A DNA stretch of 64,000 nt, taken from the NCBI GenBank assembly GCA_951406725.2, contig OX597833.1, forward strand, positions 10,168,001 through 10,232,000, read 5' to 3'. The DNA is from Octopus vulgaris (Eukaryota). The position numbers and the translations under genes are program-made. The notes beneath the pieces are model-generated. The model ran no database searches. It had not been told where the DNA came from and saw only the letters and a program-made list of their open reading frames with translations. Below are positions 41,707-55,827 of this stretch, in pieces (the first letter of the stretch is position 1; each line of letters begins with the position of its first letter).

Positions 41707-41739
<33 letters not shown>

Positions 41740-41754
41740 CCTTCGTCGTCGTCG

Positions 41755-41790
<36 letters not shown>

Positions 41791-41796
41791 CCTTCG

Positions 41797-41829
<33 letters not shown>

Positions 41830-41910
41830 CCTTCGTTCGTCGTCGTCGTCGTCATCATCATCATCATCATCATCATCATCACCTTCGTCATCATCGTCAT
41901 CATCATCATC

Positions 41911-41957
<47 letters not shown>

Positions 41958-41965
41958 TATCACCA
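40075..41965. repeat. Compound (CTA)n/(CAC)n/(CAT)n arrays
   Basis: Direct inspection; higher-order unit catcaccttcgtcat…caaaatcgt. Confidence 0.93.
40165..40536 (-). mobile_element. SINE A dimer within the trinucleotide array
   Basis: Reverse complement of the A consensus. Confidence 0.82.
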
Positions 41966-42368
41966 ATAGTCAAACGCCAATACATGACTGGTAACCCTCA
42001 TCGGCACGTAATATTACTTTTAGTGTATTGATAATAACATCGATTACGTGACTTGGTTTGTACTTTGTCTTTTTGTTATAGTGTGCTGCAGAATATATCG
42101 ATAGATTCTTTGTAAATACAGAGTGTATAAACAGATGTGTATAAAGACAGATAAAGCAGGATCCAAGAAAACTCCGCATCATTTAGAAAAAGCGACAGAA
42201 TGAATATTGTGAAATTGCTGTGGGGAATGAAGTGCCCGACGTTTCGGATAAAGCTCTTCTTCAAGGTTATGAAGCGAACGTCTTAGCTGCATATCCAGGC
42301 CTGGGTCATATAGTAAACAAACCCCCTAAGAATAAAAATTAAATTGATCTTTATAATATTGAAATATA

Positions 42369-42735
42369 GGCGCAGGAGTGGCTGTGTGGTAAGTAGCTTG
42401 CTAACCAACCACATGGTTCCGGGTTCAGTCCCACTGCTTGGCATCTTGGGCAAGTATCTTCTGCTATAGCCCCGGGCCGACCAATGCCTTGTGAGTGGAT
42501 TTGGTAGACGGAAACTGAAAGAAGCCTGTCGTATATATGTGTATGCGTGTGTGTGTTTGTGTGTCTGTGTTTGTCCCCCTAGCATTGCTTGACAACCGAT
42601 GCTGGTGTGTTTACCTCCCCGTCACTTAGCGGTTCGGCAAAAGAGACCGATAGAATAAGTACTGGGCTTACAAAGAATAAGTCCCGGGGTCGATTTGCTC
42701 GACTAAAGGCGGTGCTCCAGCATGCCCGCAGTCAA
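42369..42735 (+). mobile_element. SINE B, near full length
   Basis: Matches the B consensus. Confidence 0.88.
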
Positions 42736-42974
42736 AAACAAAACAAAACAAATAGCACATAAAAGGACATAAATGAAGGGCTGAAGTTCTTTTATTCGCC
42801 ATATTACGGATTCTTCTAAACATTTATATAAGTACCGTATTTTAACGTGAATAAGGAACCCCTTTTTTGTCAAAAATTTGGTTAAAAAATATGGGAGTTT
42901 CTTATTCATAGATAGGTAATGAATTCTCTAGGTGGTACTTTCAACGTTTTTTATTTTTTATTTTTCCACTGTTG

Positions 42975-43297
42975 ATGAGATCAATAAATGCCAGACCACG
43001 CGACCTTTTTGCTCTAAATCGCATCCTTGACCACTTCACAAGCTCGTCTAGTCTCAAGAGGGCTCTCTGCATGATTTACTTATCTGTTGATAGAAGTGTC
43101 ACGTCATCCATGAAGGGCTTCTTAGGCGATTGCACATGGTCGATTTGTTCCGAAAAATCCACGGCTTTCAAAATCATCTCCATGACTAAGACAAACCACG
43201 TGACAGATACTGTGCAGCCAGCAACAATGCCAATCTCCAATTGGTACCAATCTGTTGAAAAATCTCCAACTGTAAACCTCATTTCGAAATTGTCATA
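42975..43297 (-). pseudogene. Reverse transcriptase fragment of a Hero/NeSL-like (R2 group) LINE
   Basis: STDWYQLEIGIVAGCTVSVTWFVLVMEMIL…PFMDDVTLL…RLDELVKWSRMRFRAKRSRGL. Confidence 0.85.
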
Positions 43298-43301
43298 ATA
43301 T

Positions 43302-43490
43302 TATTTCTTTATTACCCACAAAGGGCTAAACACAGAGGGGGCAAACAAGGACAGACAAAGAGGTTAAGTCGATTACATCTACCCCAGTGCGTAACTGGTA
43401 CTTAATTTATCGACTCCGAAAGATTGAAAGGCAAAGTCGACCTCGGTGGAATTTGAACTCAGAACGTAACGGCAGATGAAATACCTATTT
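43302..43490 (-). mobile_element. SINE A single internal unit
   Basis: Reverse complement of the 184-bp unit. Confidence 0.8.
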
Positions 43491-43500
43491 TATAAAAAGC

Positions 43501-43860
43501 TCAACACACCTCGTTTTCAAACTCTTTATATCTTCCTTTCTCATTAGCAGCAGGCCACAGAACCCTCGGTATCCTCCGAGTACTATCTGATGCACCCGTT
43601 TCATAACCTGCAGTTTCCTGTCGGGAAGAGGTCTTTACTGTAGCATTTATCAATCCACTGTGGTTTGAGTGCGGGGATGATTTGCCACGTGTTTTACGAT
43701 CAGATGATCCACACTGCTCTGTCCTATCCTTACAAGACTTTTCCTGATGTATATTCAAGCCTCTCTCGGTTGCAAAGGTCCTACAGCACATCTTGCATCC
43801 AAAGTTGTTTGCACTTCATTCACTGTTCGAAGGAATGGCCGTATTCGTGGCCAAGGTCAT
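43501..43860 (-). pseudogene. N-terminal Zn-finger region, probably of the same LINE
   Basis: CCRTFATERGLNIHQEKSC…RIPRVLWPAANEK; same strand and upstream of the RT fragment. Confidence 0.62.
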
Positions 43861-44201
43861 TTCCGTGTTAACTGAGTTTCATTCAAAATACACGTACATG
43901 AAATATTATTTCCGAAATACAAAGACAGCGTTTTTAGTTTCGTATTTTGATGACGAAACATAGCCGTAGGTTAATGAGAACTTATGGCCTGTTGCCTTCC
44001 GGATGTCCGTCACCTAATTCAAGTGCATTTTGAACAAACCTTTTCCATTAAGTCCTTGGTAGTTACTAATAAATATCATTTTCAGAATATCTGTTTCCGT
44101 TCCAGAAGTACAAACTTTTTGACATATGACTAATAGACTTGATGCCAGATGATGGTTCCAATGATCCCACTGAATATACTGTTGACTGTGTGGTAAGAAA
44201 A

Positions 44202-44358
44202 GGCGCAAGCGTGGCTGTGTGCTGAGAAGCTGGCTTCCCAGTCACGTGATTTCAGGTTCAGTCCCACTGCGTGGCACCTTGGGCAAGTATCTCCTACTAT
44301 AGCCTCGAGCCGACCAAACCTTGTGAATAGATTTGGCTGACGGAAACTGAAAGAAACC

Positions 44359-44429
<71 letters not shown>

Positions 44430-44559
44430 CTGCTCGCTTAGCCAGCGGGGTGGCGTCATTCGAAGGCTAAAACAATGCGAACGCATTGTGACCAGCGATG
44501 TGTAACAACATCTGATGGTCTGGTCGGTCACGTGATCACGTGATATATATATATATATT

Positions 44560-44601
<42 letters not shown>

Positions 44602-44855
44602 AGTTTGTGTGTGTGTCTATGTCTGTGTGTATTTGTGTTTCTGTTTGTTCCCCATCACTGCTTGACAACCGGTGTTGGTGTGTATATGTCCTCGTAACTG
44701 AGCAGTTCGGCAAAATAGACCGATAGAATAAGTACTAAGCTTTGCAAAAAAAAAAAAAAACAGAAAGGAAGCCCTGGAGTCGATTTCTTTGATTAAAACC
44801 CTTCAAGGCGCTGCCCCAGCATGGCCGCAGTTAAATAACTGAAACAAGTAAAAGA
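44202..44855 (+). mobile_element. SINE B with tail-D fragment (44427-44543) inserted in its (TA)n
   Basis: B halves flank ggcctgctcgcttagccagcgggg…cacgtgatcacgtga. Confidence 0.8.
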
Positions 44856-44893
44856 ATGAAAGACTAAAGGGATGTAATGTCTAAGGTATGCAC

Positions 44894-44931
<38 letters not shown>

Positions 44932-44942
44932 AAACACACCCG

Positions 44943-44985
<43 letters not shown>

Positions 44986-45007
44986 GTAACAGATTAATAT
45001 AAATAGG

Positions 45008-45210
45008 GAGCTGGCAGAATCGTTAGCACGCCGGGCGAACTGCTTTTCGTCCGTCTTTACGTTCTGAGTTCAAATTCCACCGAGGTCGACTCTGACCGTT
45101 TTATCATTTCGACGTGGATAAAATTAGTAACAGCTGAGTAGTGGGGTCGATATAATCGACTTAATCCTTTCCCCCAAATTGCTGGCCTTGTGCCAAAATT
45201 TGAAACCAAT
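45008..45210 (+). mobile_element. SINE A variant with ccttgtgccaaaatttgaaacc tail
   Basis: A head/core with alternative tail. Confidence 0.72.
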
Positions 45211-45300
45211 ATATATTTTTGTAAGTTGGTATGTGTATACAGGTACGTATATAGATACATGTGTATATAGATACATGTGTATGTGAATGCACCTGACCAA

Positions 45301-45343
<43 letters not shown>

Positions 45344-45447
45344 CTGCCACTTCTATCAATATATCTCTTCAGTTATCGGGCAGGCGTGGGTTTCCGGCCC
45401 GACATTCGAAACTCGGAGTTTTATCATAGCTACCGAATAATTGTCAC

Positions 45448-45496
<49 letters not shown>

Positions 45497-45894
45497 GCCC
45501 GGCATCTTTCAGGTTTATATATATATGTATGTATTTGTGCAACTGATGTTGGTTTGTTTATATCCCCATAACTTACCGTTTCGAGAAAAGAGACTGATAG
45601 AATAAGTACTAGGCTTACAAAGAATAAGTCCTGGGGTCGATTTGTTCTACTAAAGACAGTGCTCCAGCATTGCCACAGTCAAATGACTGAGATAGGTAAA
45701 AGAATATATATATATATATATATATAAACAGATTACTTTTAATCGACAGAAGTTAGAAAATCCCTCAAGGGTCGAGAGTTTCATGCATGACACTTATCTT
45801 AAGTGGCAAACATGAAATTGAAAGCCCTTGAATGACTTAATAAGGACAATACTCATGTTTTGAGGTATGTGTGTGTGTGTGTACATATATATAT

Positions 45895-45965
<71 letters not shown>

Positions 45966-46023
45966 TATATACATATATTCATATATATATATATACATTT
46001 GTATATATATATCTATATCTTTG

Positions 46024-46060
<37 letters not shown>

Positions 46061-46126
46061 ATATATACCATCTTGAGACATATTCATATACCAGACCTAT
46101 ATATAGGTGTGTGTGTGTGTATATAC

Positions 46127-46422
46127 ACATGATCGACCAGACCATCAGATGTTGCTACACATCGCTGGTCACAATGCGCTTTACATTGTTTTAGCCTTCG
46201 AACGACGCCACCCCGCTAGCTAAGCGAGCAGGCCAACAGAAGAAAGAGTGAGAGAAAGAGTGGTGAAAGAGTACAGCAGGGATCGCCACCACCCCCTGCC
46301 GGAGCCTTGTGAAGCTTTTAGGTGTTTTCGCTCAATAAACACACACAACGCCCGGTCTGGGAATCGAAACCGCGATCCTACGACCGCGAGTCCGCTACCC
46401 TAACCACTGGGCCATTGCGCCT

Positions 46423-46424
<2 letters not shown>
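46127..46424 (-). mobile_element. SINE with head C1 and tail D
   Basis: Minus: ggaggcgcaatggcccagtggttaggg…ggtttcgattccc…ggcctgctcgcttagc…catctgatggtctggtcg. Confidence 0.85.
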
Positions 46425-46500
<76 letters not shown>

Positions 46501-46590
46501 GTACACACACACAAACCACGTGAGTAAATAACAAAAGAAGTACACTTCAGTATTGTTGAAAATAGACGACTAAATGTATAAATTGACAGG

Positions 46591-46633
<43 letters not shown>

Positions 46634-46640
46634 AATATAT

Positions 46641-46880
46641 GTCACGTGATCACGTGACCGACCAGACCATCGGATGCTGCCACACATCGCTGACCCCAAT
46701 AAAGTTTGCATTGTCTTCGGCATGAAATGGTGCCACTCTCCCCTAGATCGGAAGGGGACTGGGGCAACGTGAAATGAAGTGCTTTGCTCAAGAGCGCAAC
46801 GCACAGCTCGGCCTGGGAATCGATCCCACGAACTAGCGATCGTGAGTTGCAACAGCCTAGCCACTAGGCCACTCGCCTTC
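46641..46880 (-). mobile_element. SINE with head C2 and tail D
   Basis: Degenerate C2 head (ttgagcaaagcacttcatttcacgttg) with D tail. Confidence 0.7.
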
Positions 46881-47412
46881 ACACACACACTGACACACAC
46901 GCGCGCGCATATTATATATAAATATGCGCTTATTTATACTTACGTACTAACTGGGCCGAAATAGAACTAGAAGTCGGTCGAATGTTAACGATCTTAAAAA
47001 ATACACAGGTTTATTTTTATTTCGAAATTTTGTGTTGTGTGGATGGGGTGAAATTCGAAACTAGCGGAGCGAGATAAACAGCAAATAGCCATTTTTTTTT
47101 TTCTAAAATAACCTTCCTAGAAGAAATAAGAAAATGTCTATGACATATCCAGTGCTGCCAAAAACTGAAAGAAGTGGACAGGAAAAATAAACAAGGCAAA
47201 GCGATAAAGCACGACTGATGGATTGGAGCAGCAGAAAGATCATTTGCAGACGATCATTAGCAGACGATCGAGTTATCTTCACATTAAAGTCTTAGGAACA
47301 GAATGGACTAAACCAGCGGTTCTCAAACGTTTCTTGACTGTGGAACTCATTGATTCCCATTTTACTCGGATGACCCCCTCCTAGATATCCAATCTTACTG
47401 TATTTTTATCGT

Positions 47413-47717
47413 GGCACTCCGTCGGTTTCGACGACGAGGGTTCCAGTTGATCCGATCAACGGAACAGCCTGCTCGTGAAATTAACGTGCAAGTGGCTGAG
47501 CACTCCACAGACACGTGTACCCTTAACGTAGTTCTCGGGGAGATTCAGCGTGACACTGTGTGTGACAAGGCTGGCCCTTCGAAATACAGGTACAACAGAA
47601 ACAGGAAGAAAGAGTGAGAGAAAGTTGTGGTGAAAGAATACAGTAGGGTTCACCCAGCTCCTTCCGGAGTCTCGTGTTGCTTTATGTGTTTTCGCTCAAT
47701 AAACACTCACAACGCCC
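47413..47717 (-). mobile_element. SINE C1 body with tail E, 5' truncated
   Basis: Matches 49291 and 55828 copies. Confidence 0.82.
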
Positions 47718-47894
47718 TAACAACTGGCCTGTGATTGGTGCTTTGACCGATGCTCAGATCCGCAGCATCTTCTCTTGTCTCTCTCTTGCGGCCATTTCGC
47801 TTCAAGCTTTCTCGCCAAGTGGTTTACTGTACTACTTTACGCTGTGCTGTGTGTGATTTTTTTTTTTTGTTTCTTTGTATTTTCATCCCCTGCA

Positions 47895-48421
47895 ATGGCT
47901 CCCAAGCGTGCTGCTTCTTCCAAGGCTGGTATTGAGCCTAAACGCAAACGAAGAATGATGACGATCGCTGAGAAAGTGAAACTTCTGGATATGTTGGAGG
48001 AAGGGAGAACTTTCGCTGCCGTAGCCCGCCATTTTAGCGTGAACGAATCCACCGTTTGCTACATCAAGAAGGATGATGAGGCTAACATTAGGAAGACGGC
48101 TGCCATCACCTTTAATAAGTCGGCGATGAGAGTGGTTACGACTCGTAATAAAACTATCACCCGTATGGAAGCTGCTTTGGCCGTAAGGATAGCCGACTGC
48201 CGAAAGAAGAACATAGCCTTGGATACGAACATCATCCAAACAAAGGCTAGGAGCCTCTACCAGACTTTCGCCGCTGAGGAACCTTAGGACGACAATGGTG
48301 ACCACGAAGAAGAGGAAGAAGACGAAGACGACGTAGAAGATCCGCAAACAGGGACGTCCTCTGATTCACAAACCAGTCCTTTTTCTGCTTGCAAAGGGTG
48401 GTTTGTTAAGTTTCAGAAACG
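47895..48421 (+). pseudogene. Tigger/pogo transposase N-terminus (HTH-psq + CENP-B HTH), with a stop, truncated by a SINE B tail
   Basis: MAPKR…KRKRRMMTIAEKVKLLDML…AVARHFSVNESTVCYIKK…MEAAL…IIQTKARSLY…*…FSACKGWFVKFQKR. Confidence 0.9.
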
Positions 48422-48861
48422 TTCGACTAAAGGCGGTGCTCCAGCTTGGCCGCAGTCAAATGACTGAAACAAATAGAAGAATAAAAGAATTAGCATTAAT
48501 TATAATTTTATTTTCAAATTTCATGGAGCTGTTATTAAATTAAATTTTCGAAATATATTCATTAATTAAATTAAAATAAAATTAAGGGAACTAGTTGGTT
48601 TGCCTGCCAGCATTTCAAAAATTAAAGCTTATCGAAATGTTTTTAATTTGGCATATTAATATACTTTTCCAAGCTGAATTACTGGAGTTATTTCAATTTT
48701 TTCAGAAAAATTTTAAAAAGTTATAGAGGTTTAAAGTTTGATCATTTTTACCCAGTCGAGAAACAGGATTTGGAAGCTGTCATTTTGTGCGTGACTGCAT
48801 GTGTTGTCGACATTCTGAAAATAGCACGTTTTTATATGAAACTGTAAACAAATCAAATTCT

Positions 48862-49053
48862 GGAGTAAAGATTATTTACCAACATAACATGGCAGTCCTG
48901 GTTTAGGATGAATGTTGCTGTAATTTAACCCCAGGAGACATCGTCTCTAGCTGGCTATACGATATGATCTGTGTCCTTATATTTTTGAACAATTACAGTA
49001 ACATTCCTCCTAAACCAGGACTGCCATGTTATGTCGGTAAATAATCTTTACTT
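48862..49053. repeat. Fold-back element with ~63-bp arms
   Basis: gagtaaagattatttaccaacataacatggcagtcctggtttagga… inverted at ~48989-49053; spacer resembles 37920-37950. Confidence 0.78.
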
Positions 49054-49290
49054 CAAAATACTGTTGCGGAATATACGTACGACGTATAACCCTCATAACT
49101 TTTTTAATATTTGGAATTTTCAGAAAATCTTTGTGAATTTGTACTCCTACGATTATGCAAAAAATTTTAATGGGGGGGGGGGTGATTCAAGGCCTATTTA
49201 GTTGTTATTTTTAGTACATCTCACGACCAGGGTACAAGCAACAGAACACAGCGTAACGCACGTGACATCGTGTAGAATATTGAAGAGGAA

Positions 49291-49667
49291 GCACTCCGTC
49301 GGTTACGACGATGAGGGTTCCGGTTGATCCGAATCAACGGAACAGCCTGCTCGTGAAATTAACGTGTAAGTGGCTGAGCACTCCACAGACACGTGTACCC
49401 TTAAAGTAGTTCTCGGGGATATTCAGCGTGACACAGAGAGTGACAAGGCCGGCCCTTTGAAATACAGGTACAACAGAAACAGGAAGTAAGAGTGAGAGAA
49501 AGTTGTGGTGAAAGAGTACAGCAGGGATCACCATCATCCCCTGCCGGAGCCTCGTGGAGCCTTAGGTGTTTCCGCTCAATAAACACTCACAACGCCCGGT
49601 CTGGGAATCAAACCGCGATCCTACGACCGCGAGTCCGCTGCCCTAACCACTGGGTCATTGCGCCTCC
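49291..49667 (-). mobile_element. Full-length SINE C1 with tail E
   Basis: tRNA-like head through to …cgacggagtgc. Confidence 0.88.
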
Positions 49668-50224
49668 CGTGTAGAATATATTTGTCAATACACCTGCTTT
49701 CTCGCTGAAAGAAGAGTTCTCACGTTTGGCTTGTTACTATGGAAACAGGCAGGCATGAATGTGTCTGTGGCTTACGATTGGCTAAAATTACCCAAATGTT
49801 TCAAACTTTAATTGCTACTAACTTTTTATTCATTGATTTTTAGCGAAAATGATTTTCATGTCATTCACGAGCCTATAAAAATGTATCATTACACTGAATA
49901 TGAAATCAGTTCGAACAGAAAATGATGCTGGCGGCCAAACCAACTTGATCAAACAGAGCAATAACCAAGAAACCGGTCCACAGATATTGCTTTGTGCTGG
50001 ACGAGGGTGCTGGACACCCTGTTCGAAAATATATGGACACAGATATGGTGTCGTATAGCGAGCTGGAAACGACGGTTCCTTGGGCTAAACAATAGTAATA
50101 ATCGCTCCATCCAGGACCGCCACATAATGTTGGCAAATAGTCTTTACTTTAAAGAACTGTTACTGAATAACTTTCTTTGAGAAGTTTAGAAATAACAATG
50201 TTTCTCTTTACTTATATATATATA

Positions 50225-50452
50225 TAATATTAAATTAGAGACAAAACCACTATTATGCAAATCAAACAAAGAAAGACTTAAGCCAATATATAAAATAATT
50301 TATATAATTAAATTTAATTAAAATAACCACTACGATCGTTTCGTGTCAGCACTCTAATTTAATATAATATAATATTTTACTATAAAATTGGATTCAATCC
50401 TAAATCTGATTTTTCCCTGTAAATTTGGATTTATTCCCTAATATTTATTATT
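50225..50452 (-). mobile_element. H2 element
   Basis: Retains cacGAAACGATCGTAgtgg on the minus strand. Confidence 0.7.
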
Positions 50453-50526
50453 ATATATATATATATATATATATGAAAAAACCAGTCAAGATAGAAAATG
50501 CTAAAATAATTTTATAAAGAACATTT

Positions 50527-50564
50527 CAGTACCAGTTTCAGTCATTTTGAGACCTTTTCAACTG
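50527..50564 (-). ncRNA. Hammerhead variant with U3-A8 core
   Basis: CAG UUGAAAA GGUC ucaaaau GACU GAAAC UG GU A CUG. Confidence 0.6.
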
Positions 50565-50708
50565 TAACGATTAAATAATTAAATTTAGAAAAATTAAAAG
50601 AAAAGTTTTTTTAAAAGAATATTTGTATAGTGTTCAAATATAAGTGGTATTTCCCTTGTTTCTGCCTTTCTCTGTCTCTCTTGTTTGCACTTGTGGGTTC
50701 GAGGTCGT

Positions 50709-50739
<31 letters not shown>

Positions 50740-50923
50740 GTTAACCATATGCATAGATTATTAATAGCAATAAGAGTGTTTAACTATCAATTATAGATGC
50801 AGCATATAAATCTCAGCTCGAAGTGGTGTCACGTTTTTAACTGACCAATCAGCAGTATTATTCATATTGATTAGTATCCCCCACCCCCACCCCGGCTGCA
50901 AAACAAATTCTTGGTCTGATTAT

Positions 50924-51320
50924 AGGCGCAGGCATGGCTGTGTGGTTTAGAAGCTCGTTTTGCAACCGCATGGTGTTGGGTTCAGTTCCACTGTGTGGCA
51001 CCGTGGGCAAGTGTATTCTACTATAGCCTCGGGCCTACCAAAGCCCTGTGAGTGGATTTGGTAGACGGAAACTGAAAGGAGTCCGTCATATATGCGTGTG
51101 TGTGTTTGTGTGTCTGCGTTTGTCTTCCCCACCATCGCTTCACAACCGATGTTGGTGTGATTACGTCTCCTCCCCGTAACGTAGCGGTTCTGCAAAAGAG
51201 AACCGATAGAATAAAGTAAAAGGCTTACAAAGAATAAGTCCTGGGGTCGATTTGTTCTGCTAAAGGCAGTGCTCCAGCATGGCCGCAGTCAAATGACTGA
51301 AACAAGTAAAAGAGTAAAAG
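50924..51320 (+). mobile_element. SINE B
   Basis: Full length, diverged. Confidence 0.82.
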
Positions 51321-51323
51321 AGA

Positions 51324-51357
<34 letters not shown>

Positions 51358-51617
51358 TCTCTCTCCCTCTCGTTCTCTCTTTCTCTCTCCCCCTTTCCCC
51401 CCTCTCTCTCTCATATCCGTTTACTTGACGTTTAGCTGCTTCGATGACGTCATAGATTCTTTAGGATAGGTTAAAGGATTGGCATAGCTTTCTACCAGTT
51501 TCCTAAGGTAAACTACGTACCTAACAGATTGTCAGAAACAAGCGAAGTGAGTTTGTTGCGTTTATAATTCTTTCGGCGATTTTCACCAATGCCAGACTGC
51601 AACTTATTGCTGGTAGA

Positions 51618-51840
51618 GGCGCGTGGCTTTGTGGTTAGGGTGTTGGACTCGTAAATCGTAAGATTGTGGTTTCGCTTCCTGGGTCGGGCGACACGTATTC
51701 TTAAGCAAAACACTTCATTTCATTCATTTGGTAAAAATGAGATAGTCCTGCGAGGGACTGGCGTCCCGTCCAGGTGGAGAATACACATTCTCCATGGAAA
51801 CCGGGAAACCTGTTCTATGAGTTCATATGACTCGGAAAGG
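51618..51840 (+). mobile_element. SINE with head C2 and V-domain-like segment
   Basis: ggcgcgtggctttgtggttaggg…cctgcgagggactggcgtcccgtccagg. Confidence 0.6.
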
Positions 51841-51845
51841 ATGTT

Positions 51846-51914
<69 letters not shown>

Positions 51915-52404
51915 TGGAGTAATCACATAAATGTGAAACAAGGTGGAAAAAAGAGTACTCAAATACCAGAGGTAGAGTAATATGCTTTATTTCAAAGCAG
52001 CAGAGATATAGACGGAAACTGAAAGAAGCCCGTCGTATATATGTATGTGTTTACGTCCCCGTAACTTAGCGGTTCGGCAAAACAGACCGATAGAATAAGT
52101 ACTAGGCTTACAAAGAATAAGTCCTGGGGTCGATGTGCTCGACTAAAAAGGTGGTGCTCCAGCATGGCCACAGTCTGAAACAAGTAAGAGAGTAAACAAT
52201 AGCCTTAATCGATTTTCTCATCGGAGGTGTCTACATCATTCTGACAATCTACAGAGGAGGCAGCAGCCAAACTGTTTTTATACTCTACAAATGCAGCAGT
52301 CATTCTATGAAGGAGTCCCTAATTTGCATACCGAAAGTGTTTGACACTCTATAAATACCAGCGACCTGTCAACGGGGATCGTAGTCCACACAGTACCAAG
52401 GTAT

Positions 52405-52802
52405 ACTCTTTACTCTTTTACTTGTTTCAGTCATGTGACTGTGGCCATGCTGAAGCACCGCCTTTAGTCGATCAAATCGACCCAAGGACTTATTCTTTGT
52501 AAGCCTAGTACTTATTTTATCGGTCTCTTTTTTGCCGAATCGCTAAGTTACGGGGACGTAAACACACCAGCATCGGTTGTCAAGCGATGTTGGGAGGACA
52601 AACACAGACACACAAACACGCACATACATATATATATATATATATGACGGGCTTCTTTCAGTTTCCGTCTACCAAATCCACTCACAAAGCTTTGGTCGGC
52701 TCGAGGCTATAGAAGATGACACTTACCCAAGGTGCCACGCAGTGGGACTTAACCCGGAACCATGTGGTTGGTAAGCAAGCTACTTACCACACAGCCACTC
52801 CT
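52405..52802 (-). mobile_element. SINE B
   Basis: Reverse complement of the consensus. Confidence 0.85.
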
Positions 52803-53319
52803 ACATGAAACGTGTGTGTATGTGTGTTTGTGTGTGTGTGTGTGTACGCGACGGGCTTCTTTCAGTTTCCGTCTAACCATGAGATTGGAAAGCAAACATC
52901 TTTCCACGCAGCTGCCTTTGCACCTATACAAGGCAAATAAAGATTATGTAGATTATTGATTTTTACGAAAAATAAAATATTTCTTAACTTCTTGACCACA
53001 CAGCTATGAAGAACAGAAAATAAAAAAATAAAAAACAACAATATCTTTACCTTACCTATCCTGTTTTTTTGTATATCTTGTATTACACTGTCCGATGTTT
53101 CCTTCCTGTTTTGAAGTGTCAGAGCGTGCTTTGAAGGAGTACGGTTGCTATTTCTAAATCCTTGAGTGTTTTATCAAATTTTTGTGAATGTTATGGGAAA
53201 GTGTCAAGACGGGGATCAATGATGTTTCTACCGTTCCCAACATTATTTACCGATGCCGGTGTAAAGAGTTCCTCTTGGAATCATGAGTATATGTATGTAG
53301 TTTCTCGTCTGTTTTTAGT

Positions 53320-53606
53320 TACCCTTTTTACCCTTTTACTTGTTTCAGTCATTTGACTGCGGCCATGCTGGAGCACCGCCTTTAGTAGAGCAAATCGACC
53401 CCCAGGACTTATTCTTTTGTAAGCCCAGTACTTATTCTATCGGTCTCTTTTGCCGAACTGCTAATTTACGAAGACGTAAACACACCAGCATCGGTTGGCC
53501 CGAGGCTATAGTAGAAGACACTTGCCCAAGGTGCCACGCAGTGAGACTGAACCCGGAACCATGTGGTTGGTAAGCAAGCTACGTACCACACAGCCAATCC
53601 TGCGCA
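53320..53606 (-). mobile_element. SINE B with internal deletion removing the microsatellite
   Basis: catcggttgg|cccgaggc junction. Confidence 0.8.
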
Positions 53607-53929
53607 TATTTAATGTTTTCTTGTAAGAGAGGAGCTGGTTTCTAACGAAGTTACAAAGCATCATCATTGGAAAGTCACTGAAAGGAAATCATATTTTGGA
53701 CTTGAGAAAAGTCTTGCAGAGTTTTACTGTTCCGCTTACAAATTGTGTTTGTAACGTCTGTCTTAGCTGGTTGAGTTTTCTCCTGTAAACCCTTGCTTTT
53801 CGACATTGTTACTTAGAAATTTACTTAAAAACGAAGCGCACCGCTTATTATCGGTATAAATGTAAATTTATAATCTGGATTTAGAAAGCTGGAGGTTACG
53901 AAGCAGCTGCTCCGTAGTCATCCCATTTT

Positions 53930-54116
53930 ACAGTTCTATATTTAAGAGATGAGGCATTATGTACGTTATTTACATTATTTACGTTATTTACATTTGACGG
54001 ATATTTGTCCTCATCTTGTTTGTTAACGCACTGTTTCGGCTGATATACTCTCCAGCCTCCGTCAAGTGTCTTGGGGAAATTTCGAACCTGGGTTTTCATT
54101 CCTAAGGTATTTTTCG
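53930..54116 (-). mobile_element. Element with a degenerate hammerhead
   Basis: gacac uUGACGg a GGCUG…CAGCC GAAAC agu gcguu at 54025-54070. Confidence 0.5.
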
Positions 54117-54305
54117 ATGTTGTTGTTGTTGTTGTTGTTGTTATTATTATTATTATTATTATTTTTCCTTCTTCAATTTTTTTTCCGTTTCTCGCCGGGT
54201 GTTTTCCGTACACCTAGGGCAGAGAAGCTCATTGTAAGATATGTATTTAAAAAATTAAGGAATAAATAAATTCATGAATGGATGGTGTTTTCACAGCGAC
54301 AATGC

Positions 54306-54465
<160 letters not shown>

Positions 54466-54789
54466 CGGTCACTACCTGGAATCGAACTTTCCAAGTGTAA
54501 CCCCATGATCATTCTTGACCGAAGGGAGTCTTTACCCTTTTTATATATGTCATATTTTCTGATATTACCCATAGTGGCACAAGTATTCTTCCAAAGTTAC
54601 TCACCATAGGCATCTTCTGTAAGTAATTATCATTACGTTTACTAAATTTCTTCTGAGTATTTCGTAACTTCTGATAAATTTATGTCTTATATTTCTGTTT
54701 ACACTGATATAAAAATAATAATATTCAGGAAAATGTGTTAATAACGATGATTTATTAATAATAAATGATGATTATAATAAATAATGAAT

Positions 54790-55512
<723 letters not shown>

Positions 55513-55827
55513 AGAGCAAAGAGTATTTATTGATAACAGACAATGACTAACTAATAACAGACGGCGATTTATTGATAACAGACGATGATTCATGAAAGGA
55601 GCAGCCGACATGAACTGCCGACTCGTTGATGACCGGCGAAGTCATTACGAGACAAGCTGACCTGGCTTCAAGAGCGGCAAAGGAAAATTCTGTTCTGCGT
55701 TCGTTGCTGCTGTGTCACGGCTTTTTCTGTTAATGTTAGCCCTGCTTGCATTCTAAAATGAAACAGACTGGCGAATAGTGTGTCAACTAGACGTCCCGAT
55801 TTGAGGCTATTGTCGCCCACTGTCGAT

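Noticed and set aside
40297-41994. 565-aa Thr/His/Ser-rich ORF
   Set aside because: Starts inside a SINE and runs through trinucleotide arrays; artefact.
47314-47345. hAT/Charlie-like TIR cagcggttctcaaac
   Set aside because: No partner TIR or TSD found.
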